The position numbers were made by a program, and so were the translations under genes. 64,000 bases of DNA from an uncultured Lachnospiraceae bacterium (GTDB taxonomy: Bacteria > Bacillota > Clostridia > Lachnospirales > Lachnospiraceae): NCBI GenBank assembly GCA_902786205.1, contig CADABQ010000002.1, positions 108,586 to 172,585 on the forward strand, read 5' to 3'. Numbering within the stretch: the first letter of the stretch is position 1; each line of letters opens with the position of its first letter. Below the pieces are notes generated by a model. It did not search any database. It had not been told where the DNA came from and saw nothing but the letters and a program-made list of their open reading frames with translations. Positions 56,401-64,000 of this stretch are shown here, one piece after another.

Positions 56401-57973
56401 TGATATTTATTCAATCGAAGATTTGGCACAGTTGATTTACGATTTGAAAAATGCGAATAAAGATGCCAGAATTTCTGTTAAGCTTGTTTCAGAAGCTGGT
56501 GTAGGAACCATTGCAGCAGGTGTTGCAAAGGCAGGTGCAGGCGTAATCTTAATTTCAGGTTATGATGGTGGTACTGGTGCAGCTCCAGAAAGTTCTGTTC
56601 ACAATGCAGGTCTTCCTTGGGAGTTAGGTTTGGCAGAAACACATCAGTCATTAATCATGAATGGATTACGTTCAAAAGTTGTAATTGAAACAGATGGTAA
56701 GCTTATGGACGGTCGTGACGTAGCTGTAGCTGCCATGTTAGGTGCAGAAGAGTTTGGATTTGCTACAGCTCCATTGGTTACTATGGGTTGTGTTATGATG
56801 CGTGTATGTAACTTGGATACATGTCCAGTTGGTATTGCTACACAGAATCCAGAGCTTCGTAAACGCTTCCAGGGTAAACCAGAGTATGTAGAAAACTTTA
56901 TGCGTTTTGTTGCACAGGAATTGCGTGAATATATGGCAAAACTTGGTGTTCGTACAGTAAATGAATTGGTTGGTAGAGTTGATTTATTAAAGAAAAAAGA
57001 TGCCGCTACAACAAAGGGACAGGCAATCAATCTTTCAAAGATTTTGGATACTACTTATGTTAGCGACAAACACCAGTGCTTTAATCCAACCGATATTTAT
57101 GACTTCGAGTTAAATAAAACAATTGATGAGACTGTATTATTAAAAGAGTTTGGACCTAAGATTGATAAAAAACAAGGAGGAAAAACTAAGATTACAGTCA
57201 ACAACTTAAATCGTACAACAGGTACTATTTTAGGTGCGGAAATTACAAAACGTTGGGGTACAGATGTGCCAGAAGATACCTTTGAAGTTGAATGTGACGG
57301 AAGCGGTGGACAAAGTTTTGGTGCATTTATTCCAAGTGGTTTGACACTTCGCTTAACTGGAGATTGTAATGATTACTGTGGTAAGGGATTATCTGGTGGT
57401 AAGATTGTTGTTTCACAGCCAAAAGCAGCAAAATATGCGGCAGATGAAAATATTATCATCGGTAATGTAGCTTTTTATGGCGGTACAACAGGAAAAGCAT
57501 TCATCAACGGTGTTGCAGGTGAGCGTTTCTGTGTTAGAAACTCTGGTATCACAGCCGTAGTTGAAGGTGTTGGTGACCATGGTTGCGAATATATGACAGG
57601 TGGTCGTGTCGTTGTATTAGGAAATACAGGAAAGAACTTTGCAGCAGGTATGAGCGGTGGAGTTGCTTATGTATATGACGAGAATAATGATTTCTATTTG
57701 AAAGTAAATAAAGAATTAGTTGCAGTAGAAGAAGTGGAAGAATTGTCAGATGTTCAGGAATTAAAGGCAATGATTGAGGAACATGTGAAAGAGACAAATT
57801 CGGTAAAAGGTAAAAAAATCTTGGATCAGTTTGATGAATGTTTGCCAAAATTCAAGAAGATCATTCCTCATGATTATAGAAGAGTATTGCATACAATTCA
57901 TGCAATGGAAGATAAGGGATACTCAAAAGATCAGGCTGAAATTGAAGCATTTTATGTAAATGTTGGAAAGTAA
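53432..57973 (+). CDS. gltB: Glutamate synthase large subunit
   Basis: Ntn amidotransferase start GLYDPRWEHDNCGIGAV. FMN/Fe-S central domain. C-terminal GXGXG beta-helix domain. ATG 53432 has a GAAAGGA RBS. The track start is 53411. Confidence 0.95.
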   Translation: MEECKRKTQGLYDPRWEHDNCGIGAVVNQKGVKSHATVENALKIVENLEHRAGKDASGKTGDGVGILLQISHKFFSEAAKKAGISIGKEREYGIGMFFMPQDELSRKRAMRMFELIVEKEGLKFLGWREVPVNKEVLGKTALDCMPYIVQAFIKKPAGVKKGLDFDRKLYIARRVFENSSNEDTYVVSLSSRTIVYKGMFLVGQLRSFFQDLQDESYESAIALVHSRFSTNTQPSWRRAHPNRFIVHNGEINTIAGNADKMHAREETMESEYLKGEMHKILPVVDQSGSDSARLDNTLEFLVMSGMELPLAVMIAIPEPWANDRSMSREKKEFYQYYATMMEPWDGPASILFSDGDIMGAVLDRNGLRPSRYYITDDGNIILSSEVGVLDIPEEKIVKKDRLRPGKMLLVDTVKGELIDDDTIKEKYAKSQPYGEWLDNNLLHLKDLRIPNKKVEEYDQEQTQRLRKAFGYTYEECKNSILTMAMNGSEPIAAMGTDTPLPPLSERPQPLFNYFKQLFAQVTNPPIDALREKIVTSTSVYIGSAGNILQEREENCQVMRIDNPILTNTDMLKIKMMNVKGFKVEVIPITYYTATSLEKAIDRVCMEADRAYKDGANVLVLSDRGVDENHVAIPSLLAISALQQHLVRTKKRTKLSIILETAEPREVHHFATLIGFGASAINPYLALDTIREMVNTDMLDKDYYAAVEDYTNSIKNGIIKIGSKMGISTIQSYMGSRIFEAIGINEEVINKYFSGVVSRVGGIGIADIEKQIETLHSQAFDPLDLGMNLELESNGTHKSRSGKEKHLYNPQTIYLLQKATREGKYEVFKEYSALMDQEESESNLRGLMDFNYPEKGVPIEEVESVEDIVKRFKTGAMSYGSISKEAHECMAIAMNRLGGKSNSGEGGESLDRLVTKGTSEDRCSAIKQVASGRFGVTSRYLVSADEIQIKMAQGAKPGEGGHLPGKKVYPWVAKCRNSTTGVGLISPPPHHDIYSIEDLAQLIYDLKNANKDARISVKLVSEAGVGTIAAGVAKAGAGVILISGYDGGTGAAPESSVHNAGLPWELGLAETHQSLIMNGLRSKVVIETDGKLMDGRDVAVAAMLGAEEFGFATAPLVTMGCVMMRVCNLDTCPVGIATQNPELRKRFQGKPEYVENFMRFVAQELREYMAKLGVRTVNELVGRVDLLKKKDAATTKGQAINLSKILDTTYVSDKHQCFNPTDIYDFELNKTIDETVLLKEFGPKIDKKQGGKTKITVNNLNRTTGTILGAEITKRWGTDVPEDTFEVECDGSGGQSFGAFIPSGLTLRLTGDCNDYCGKGLSGGKIVVSQPKAAKYAADENIIIGNVAFYGGTTGKAFINGVAGERFCVRNSGITAVVEGVGDHGCEYMTGGRVVVLGNTGKNFAAGMSGGVAYVYDENNDFYLKVNKELVAVEEVEELSDVQELKAMIEEHVKETNSVKGKKILDQFDECLPKFKKIIPHDYRRVLHTIHAMEDKGYSKDQAEIEAFYVNVGK

Positions 57974-57985
57974 GGAGGAAATGAA

Positions 57986-59476
57986 ATGGGTAAAATCGGC
58001 GGATTTATGGAATATGATAGAAAAGAAAATCTGGCAGAGAAGCCATTAGAAAGAATTAAACATTTTAATGAATTTCATGAGCCAATGGAAGAAAAAGATA
58101 GAAAAGCTCAGGCAGCAAGATGTATGGAATGTGGTGTTCCATTTTGTCAGGCAGGTATGGCAATCGGCGGCATGTCCGTTGGTTGTCCACTAAACAATTT
58201 AATTCCTGAATGGAATGATTTAGTATATCGTGGCAATTATGACAGAGCAGTTGCAAGACTTCGTAAGACAAATAATTTTCCAGAGTTTACTTCACGCGTA
58301 TGTCCTGCATTATGTGAAAAAGCATGTGTATGCGGATTGAATGGAAATCCGGTATCTGTTAAGGAAAATGAAAACAGTATTGTAGAATATGGATATGAAA
58401 ATGGACTGATCCAGGCTGAGCCACCAAAAGTACGTACAGGGAAAAAAGTAGCTGTCATTGGTTCTGGTCCTTCTGGATTAGCCGTTGCAGATCAATTAAA
58501 TAAGCGTGGACATAGCGTAACTGTGTTTGAACGGGAAGATCGTCCAGGTGGATTATTGATGTATGGTATTCCAAATATGAAATTGGAAAAAAATGTAATT
58601 GAGCGTCGCGTCAACATAATGAAAGAAGAGGGTATTTCTTTCAAATTAAATGCAAATGTTGGAGAAAAAGTAGATGCTAAGAAAATCATGAAAGAATATG
58701 ATAGTGTCGTTCTTGCCTGCGGAGCATCTAATCCAAGAAATATTGAGGTGCCGGGCAGAGACGCAAAGGGAATTTATTATGCGGTTGATTTCCTTAAATC
58801 AACGACAAAAAGTTTGCTTGCAACCCCTTCTTTAAAAGAGGGAAGCTTTATCAGTGCAAAAGGTAAAAACGTTTTGATTATCGGTGGTGGAGATACGGGT
58901 AATGACTGTGTAGGAACCTCTATCCGTCATGGAGCAAAATCTGTTACACAGTTAGAAATGATGCCAAAACTTCCTGATGAAAGAGCAGAGAATAATCCAT
59001 GGCCAGAATGGCCACGTGTCTGCAAGACAGATTATGGTCAGGAAGAAAATATTGCAGTGTTTGGTGAGGACCCAAGAATTTACTGTACGACAGTAAAAGA
59101 ATTTGTAAAAGACAAAAAAGGCAATGTGACAAAAGCCATTTGTGTAAAACTTGAGAGCGTTTTTGACAAAAAAGCAGGTCGTAATATCATGAAGGAAATA
59201 AAGGGAAGCGAATTCGAAATAAAAGCTGACTTAGTTTTAATTGCAGCAGGTTTCCTTGGAACACAGAAGTATATTGCAGATGCCTTTGGAGTAAAACTGA
59301 ATCAAAGAACAAATGTGGAAACTGCACAAAATTCTCATGCGACAAATGTTAAAAATGTGTTTGTTGCAGGTGATATGCACAGAGGACAATCTTTGGTTGT
59401 ATGGGCAATCCGAGAGGGAAGAGATGCAGCAAAAGAAGTAGACAAGCATTTGATCGGTTATACGAATTTACAATAA
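57986..59476 (+). CDS. gltD: Glutamate synthase small subunit (NADPH-dependent)
   Basis: Fe-S motif CMECGVPFCQ. Dinucleotide fold KVAVIGSGPSGLA. AAGGAGG RBS. Confidence 0.95.
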   Translation: MGKIGGFMEYDRKENLAEKPLERIKHFNEFHEPMEEKDRKAQAARCMECGVPFCQAGMAIGGMSVGCPLNNLIPEWNDLVYRGNYDRAVARLRKTNNFPEFTSRVCPALCEKACVCGLNGNPVSVKENENSIVEYGYENGLIQAEPPKVRTGKKVAVIGSGPSGLAVADQLNKRGHSVTVFEREDRPGGLLMYGIPNMKLEKNVIERRVNIMKEEGISFKLNANVGEKVDAKKIMKEYDSVVLACGASNPRNIEVPGRDAKGIYYAVDFLKSTTKSLLATPSLKEGSFISAKGKNVLIIGGGDTGNDCVGTSIRHGAKSVTQLEMMPKLPDERAENNPWPEWPRVCKTDYGQEENIAVFGEDPRIYCTTVKEFVKDKKGNVTKAICVKLESVFDKKAGRNIMKEIKGSEFEIKADLVLIAAGFLGTQKYIADAFGVKLNQRTNVETAQNSHATNVKNVFVAGDMHRGQSLVVWAIREGRDAAKEVDKHLIGYTNLQ

Positions 59477-59516
59477 TGTTCCCTTTCTTGACAAAAAAAT
59501 AAAAGGGGGATACTAT

Positions 59517-59556
59517 AAGAAAGAACTGTTTTTCAATAGAAGAATGGTTCTTTCTT
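59517..59556 (+). terminator. 10-bp hairpin downstream of gltD
   Basis: AAGAAAGAAC (59517-59526) pairs with GTTCTTTCTT (59547-59556). The T-rich 3' arm is not followed by a clean U tract. A TTGACA-17-TACTAT promoter-like pair (59488-59516) sits immediately upstream. Confidence 0.45.
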
Positions 59557-59615
59557 CTGTATAGAATAAAATAGGAAAGGAACAAAGCGACAAAAAACGC
59601 TTGTATGGTTACAAA

Positions 59616-60860
59616 ATGAGAAAAAAGATAGCATTCGTTTTATGTATCTTACTATGTACTCTTAGTATGGGCTGTAGTAAAGGTACAGATCCACAGCAGA
59701 CAGATCTGTCAACTTCCATAGAACAAACGGAAACTCCAGATGGTGGGAAAATAGTGACAGACCAGACAGAGGTACAGGCAATGGCTGGTGCAATCGTAGA
59801 AAATATGTCCTTGGAAGAAAAAATAGGGCAAATGTTTATTGTGAATTTGGAGCAATTGGATAACAGTCATGGAAACTATTATGAATTTCGGAAATTTACA
59901 AGTAAAATGGAAAATACCCTAAAAAAGTATTACATCGGAGGGGTTATTTTATTTGCGAGAAATATTGAAAATATTGATCAAACGAAAAACATGATAACAG
60001 AATTACAGAATCATGCGTCGATTCCTCTGTTTGTTTCGGTTGATGAAGAAGGGGGAGATGTTGCCCGTGTTGGAAACAATAGTAATATGCGAACCACGAC
60101 GTTTCCGCCAATGGAAGAAGTTGGGAAAAATGAAGATGAAAAATATGCATATAATATGGGAAAAACCATTGCTAGTGAAATAAAGGAATTAGGATTTAAT
60201 TTGGATTTTGCGCCTGTAGCGGATGTGAAAACAAATGAGTATAATACCGAGATTGGAAATCGTGCGTTTGGAAGTGATGCTAAACTGGTATCCAAATTTG
60301 TGAAACAAGTAGTGAAAGGGATACAGGAGCAAGGAATTAGTGCGACATTAAAACATTTTCCAGGCCATGGAAGTACCAATGGAGATTCACATAAGACACC
60401 GGTAAATGCAGATACAGATTTACTTAGTCTTCGTTCTAGGGAATTTAAACCATTTAAGGCGGGAATCGAAGCAGGAGCAGATTTTGTGATGGTATCACAC
60501 ATTTCTATCAGTAAAGTAACGGAAAATACAGTGCCGGCATCTATGTCGAGCGTTGTTATGCAAAATATGTTACGGGACGAACTGAAATTTAAAGGTATCA
60601 TTATTACAGATGGTATGGACATGGGAGCAATTACCGAAAAATATGATGCAGATGAGGCTGCTGTAAATTGCATAAAAGCGGGAGCGGATATCGTTTTGAT
60701 GAGTACAGATGTGGAAGCTGCCTATGATGCAGTAAAACAGGCGGTAGAGAAAGGTGAGATTGATGAAAAAAGCATTGATGAATCCGTACAACGTATATTA
60801 GAAGTAAAGATAAAAAGAGGAATTATATTAAGTAATACTGATTTGTTAAAAGAGAGATAG
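59616..60860 (+). CDS. nagZ: Glycoside hydrolase family 3 beta-N-acetylhexosaminidase (NagZ-like) lipoprotein
   Basis: Lipobox LSMGC after MRKKIAFVLCILLCT. GH3 motifs KHFPGHG and ITDGMDMGA. Confidence 0.85.
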   Translation: MRKKIAFVLCILLCTLSMGCSKGTDPQQTDLSTSIEQTETPDGGKIVTDQTEVQAMAGAIVENMSLEEKIGQMFIVNLEQLDNSHGNYYEFRKFTSKMENTLKKYYIGGVILFARNIENIDQTKNMITELQNHASIPLFVSVDEEGGDVARVGNNSNMRTTTFPPMEEVGKNEDEKYAYNMGKTIASEIKELGFNLDFAPVADVKTNEYNTEIGNRAFGSDAKLVSKFVKQVVKGIQEQGISATLKHFPGHGSTNGDSHKTPVNADTDLLSLRSREFKPFKAGIEAGADFVMVSHISISKVTENTVPASMSSVVMQNMLRDELKFKGIIITDGMDMGAITEKYDADEAAVNCIKAGADIVLMSTDVEAAYDAVKQAVEKGEIDEKSIDESVQRILEVKIKRGIILSNTDLLKER

Positions 60861-60915
60861 AAAGTCGAAGAAAGGCTGAAAAGGTCAAGAATTGTTAAAA
60901 ATATAAAAAAAAGTA

Positions 60916-60943
60916 TTGCGAATCTTTGTATCGTTGCTATAAT
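60916..60943 (+). promoter_or_regulatory. Sigma-A-type promoter of purF
   Basis: TTGCGA (60916-60921), 16-nt spacer, TATAAT (60938-60943). Confidence 0.6.
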
Positions 60944-61047
60944 TAAATATAAAGGGATAATTGATGAAACTTTGTCACAATGCTGTTTATAAGTGCAAGA
61001 TATTTGTTGCAGACAGGATAAAGTTTTTATGAATTACAAGCGAATAG

Positions 61048-61081
61048 GTGGACAACGAAGGGTACTTTATTGTCCACTTTT
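61048..61081 (+). terminator. Terminator-like hairpin in the purF leader
   Basis: GTGGACAA (61048-61055) pairs with TTGTCCAC (61070-61077), followed by TTTT. It lies ~65 nt upstream of the purF ATG. Confidence 0.55.
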
Positions 61082-61146
61082 GAATGTATTTATAGAAAGG
61101 AATGCAGTCCTTTGTTTACTAAACTGGACATGCGCAGGTAAAATCG

Positions 61147-62586
61147 ATGAGTGAATTTATGGACGATGGAGTAGATTTTGGGTTACATGAGGAATGTGGC
61201 GTCTTTGGTGTGTATGATTTTGACGGAAATGATGTAGCCTCTTCTATTTATTATGGCTTATTTTCTTTACAGCATCGGGGTCAGGAAAGTGCTGGTATTG
61301 CCGTGAGTGAAACACAGGGACCAAAAGGTAAAGTTTCTTCTTGCAAGGGAATGGGACTTGTCAATGAGGTTTTTAATGCAGAAAAATTGGAACAGCTAAA
61401 GGGCGATATTGGTGTAGGACATGTTCGCTATTCTACAGCTGGTGCTAGTACAAACGCCAATACACAGCCTTTGGTATTAAATTACATTAAAGGTACACTT
61501 GCATTGGCACATAACGGAAATTTAGTAAATGCGGTGGAACTAAGAGAAAAGCTTGAACTTACCGGCGCAATCTTCCAGACAACAATTGATTCAGAGGTGA
61601 TTGCGTATCTGGTTGCAAGAGAGCGTTTGACGACACCTACTGTTGAGCAGGCGGTAAAAAATGCAATGCAGCAAATTAAAGGAGCATATTCTCTTATTGT
61701 TATGAGTCCTAGAAAAATGATAGGAGCAAGAGATCCCTTTGGTTTCCGCCCACTTGTAATTGGAAAAAGAGATAATGCTTATTTCTTTGCATCTGAAACG
61801 TGCGCATTAGATGCAGTGGGAGCTGAATTTATCAGAGATGTTGAGCCGGGTGAAATCGTTACAATTAGTCCGGAAGGTGGAATTCAGTCCGATCGTTCTT
61901 TATGTCAGGACAAACATGCAAGATGTATTTTTGAATATATATACTTTGCTAGAGCAGATAGTTGTCTTGACAAGGTTAGTGTATACAATTCCAGAATTAT
62001 GGCAGGTAAGATTTTAGCAGAAGAACATCCTGTTGATGCGGATATTGTAGTTGGTGTTCCAGAGTCTGGAAATGTAGCGGCTATGGGATATTCTTTGCAG
62101 TCTGGCATTCCTTATGGAATGGCATTTATAAAAAATAATTATATTGGTAGAACATTTATAAAACCAAAACAATCTGTTCGTGAATCAGCAGTCAAGATTA
62201 AATTAAATGCTTTACGTGATGTTGTGAATGGAAAACGTGTTGTTATGGTAGATGACTCTATTGTAAGAGGAACAACTTGCGATAGAATCATAGGTATGCT
62301 TAAGGCAGCCGGAGCTACAGAAGTGCATGTGAGAATTAGCTCACCACCATTCTTATATCCATGCTATTTTGGTACAGATGTCCCATCTAGTGATCAACTG
62401 ATTGCATACAAACACAGCGTTGAAGAAATAAGAAAGATTATCGGAGCAGATAGTTTAGGCTACTTGTCGAAAGAGCGTTTAGATGAGTTGATTGATGGAT
62501 CACATGGATATTGTGATGCCTGCTTTACTGGAAATTATCCGGTAGAACCTCCTAAAAGCGATATTCGAGGAGAATACGATAAATAA
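61147..62586 (+). CDS. purF: Amidophosphoribosyltransferase
   Basis: Propeptide followed by catalytic Cys (EECGVFGV). PRTase motif VVMVDDSIVRGTT. C-terminal Cys cluster. Confidence 0.95.
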   Translation: MSEFMDDGVDFGLHEECGVFGVYDFDGNDVASSIYYGLFSLQHRGQESAGIAVSETQGPKGKVSSCKGMGLVNEVFNAEKLEQLKGDIGVGHVRYSTAGASTNANTQPLVLNYIKGTLALAHNGNLVNAVELREKLELTGAIFQTTIDSEVIAYLVARERLTTPTVEQAVKNAMQQIKGAYSLIVMSPRKMIGARDPFGFRPLVIGKRDNAYFFASETCALDAVGAEFIRDVEPGEIVTISPEGGIQSDRSLCQDKHARCIFEYIYFARADSCLDKVSVYNSRIMAGKILAEEHPVDADIVVGVPESGNVAAMGYSLQSGIPYGMAFIKNNYIGRTFIKPKQSVRESAVKIKLNALRDVVNGKRVVMVDDSIVRGTTCDRIIGMLKAAGATEVHVRISSPPFLYPCYFGTDVPSSDQLIAYKHSVEEIRKIIGADSLGYLSKERLDELIDGSHGYCDACFTGNYPVEPPKSDIRGEYDK

Positions 62587-62636
62587 TAGATTAATTTTAA
62601 ATATAGGAACAGTATAAAAAGAAAGGAGTACTATAA

Positions 62637-64000
62637 ATGAGTACAGAACGTTATGCAAGCCCGTTATCAGAAAGATATGCAAGTAAGGAGATGCAATATA
62701 TATTTTCTCAGGATATGAAGTTTAAAACATGGAGAAAGTTATGGATTGCATTGGCAGAAGCAGAACATGAATTAGGATTGGATATTACACAGGAACAGAT
62801 TGATGAGTTAAAAGCACATCAGGATGATATAAATTATGAAGTCGCAAAAGAAAGAGAAAAGTTGGTTCGTCATGATGTAATGTCTCATGTATATGCATAT
62901 GGAGTACAATGTCCAAAGGCAAAAGGAATCATTCATCTTGGTGCCACTTCTTGTTATGTTGGAGATAATACAGATGTAATTATTATGACAGAAGCTTTAA
63001 AATTGGTTAAGAAAAAATTAATCAATATTATTAATGAACTTTCTAAATTTGCAATGGAATATAAAGGACTTCCTACGTTGGCATTTACACATTTTCAGCC
63101 TGCACAGCCTACAACAGTAGGAAAGAGAGCAACCTTATGGTTACAGGAATTGATGATGGATTTAGAAGATGTTGATTACACATTATCCAATATGAAATTG
63201 TTGGGATGTAAAGGTACTACAGGTACACAGGCAAGTTTTAAAGAATTATTTGAAGGAAATACAGAAAAGATTAAAAAGGTAGATCAGTTGATTGCACAGA
63301 AGATGGGATTTGAACATACCTTCCCAGTTTCTGGACAGACCTATTCTAGAAAGTTAGATACAAAAGTTGTGAATGTATTAGCAGGAATTGCTGCTAGTGC
63401 ACATAAATTCTCTAACGATATTCGTTTGCTTCAGCATCTAAAAGAAGTAGAGGAACCGTTTGAAAAGAATCAGATTGGATCTTCTGCGATGGCGTATAAG
63501 AGAAATCCAATGCGAAGCGAAAGAATTGCATCTTTAGCAAGATATGTTATGGTGGATGCCATGAATCCGGCAATCACTTCTGCAACACAGTGGTTTGAAA
63601 GAACATTGGATGATTCAGCAAATAAGAGACTTAGTGTACCAGAAGCATTCCTTGCAATTGATGGTATTTTAGATTTATATTTAAATGTTGTAGACGGATT
63701 GGTAGTATATCCAAAAGTTATTGAAAAGAGACTTATGTCAGAACTTCCATTTATGGCAACAGAAAATATTATGATGGATGCAGTAAAAGCTGGTGGAGAT
63801 CGTCAGGAATTGCATGAAAAGATTCGCAAGCTTTCTATGGAAGCGGGAAAAAATGTAAAGGAAAAAGGTTTGGACAATAATTTATTAGAATTGATTGCAG
63901 CAGATCCGTCCTTTAACTTAACATTAGAGGAATTACAAAAAACAATGGATCCAAGTAAATACACAGGTCGTTCAGAAGAGCAAGTAGAAGAATTTGTTGC
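62637..64000 (+). CDS. purB: Adenylosuccinate lyase (3' end outside the window)
   Basis: MSTERYASPLSERYASKEMQYIFSQ, GSSAMAYKRNP. AGGAG RBS. The frame is open to the window end and is not in the ORF track because it has no stop. Confidence 0.93.
   Translation, partial: MSTERYASPLSERYASKEMQYIFSQDMKFKTWRKLWIALAEAEHELGLDITQEQIDELKAHQDDINYEVAKEREKLVRHDVMSHVYAYGVQCPKAKGIIHLGATSCYVGDNTDVIIMTEALKLVKKKLINIINELSKFAMEYKGLPTLAFTHFQPAQPTTVGKRATLWLQELMMDLEDVDYTLSNMKLLGCKGTTGTQASFKELFEGNTEKIKKVDQLIAQKMGFEHTFPVSGQTYSRKLDTKVVNVLAGIAASAHKFSNDIRLLQHLKEVEEPFEKNQIGSSAMAYKRNPMRSERIASLARYVMVDAMNPAITSATQWFERTLDDSANKRLSVPEAFLAIDGILDLYLNVVDGLVVYPKVIEKRLMSELPFMATENIMMDAVKAGGDRQELHEKIRKLSMEAGKNVKEKGLDNNLLELIAADPSFNLTLEELQKTMDPSKYTGRSEEQVEEFV

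Noticed and set aside
60944-61146. A guanine/adenine, ZTP or PRPP riboswitch in the purF leader.
   Set aside because: The conserved core sequences of these classes are absent, so only a generic attenuator architecture can be claimed.
1-64000. Mobile elements, prophage, CRISPR arrays, defence islands, tRNA/rRNA genes.
   Set aside because: None seen. Every ORF above about 100 aa has a housekeeping, flagellar or metabolic assignment or sits inside the flagellar locus. The only repeats found are the 42-bp in-frame tandem repeat and the short dispersed block reported above.

Overview
AT-rich chromosomal core region of a motile Firmicute, Clostridia/Lachnospiraceae-like by gene content and order. 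Almost all genes are on the + strand.

- **nt 1-24.7 kb:** distal part of the main flagellar/chemotaxis operon: fliK-flgD-(small ORF)-flgE-flbD-motAB-fliL-fliM-fliY-cheY-fliOPQR-flhBA-flhFG-PilZ-cheBAWCD-(small membrane ORF)-sigD.
- **24.8-28.2 kb:** four poorly characterised genes: a DUF342/FapA-like protein, a small hydrophilic protein, a TM+coiled-coil+HTH-like protein, and a TM protein with an MltG-N-like domain.
- **28.3-44.9 kb:** housekeeping run rpsB-tsf-[polysaccharide deacetylase + giant acidic bactofilin]-pyrH-frr-uppS-cdsA-dxr-rseP-ispG-polC. This is the same neighbourhood order known from Bacillus subtilis (fla/che ... sigD-swrB then rpsB ... polC).
- **45-64 kb:** D,D-carboxypeptidase (-), P-type ATPase, glycogen-debranching-type glucosidase, ABC-F ATPase (-), gltBD, a GH3 NagZ-like lipoprotein, purF, and purB (cut by the window end).

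I saw no rRNA, tRNA, CRISPR, transposase, integrase or phage genes. I did not find a convincing novel multi-gene protein system.

The least explained signals are mostly non-coding:
1. An anomalous 231-nt structured spacer lies between fliP and fliQ. Its 3' part recurs nearly verbatim in the polC/dac gap and partly in the uppS-cdsA gap.
2. Terminator/alternative-hairpin leaders precede gltBD and purF, and neither matches a riboswitch class I can recognise.
3. A two-gene insertion (deacetylase + bactofilin with a ~460-aa acidic extension and a 42-bp tandem repeat) interrupts the conserved tsf-pyrH junction.
4. Unusually long spacers with terminators and promoters subdivide the flagellar operon at flgE/flbD and fliL/fliM.

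All calls come from reading the translations and the DNA by eye. No searches were run.
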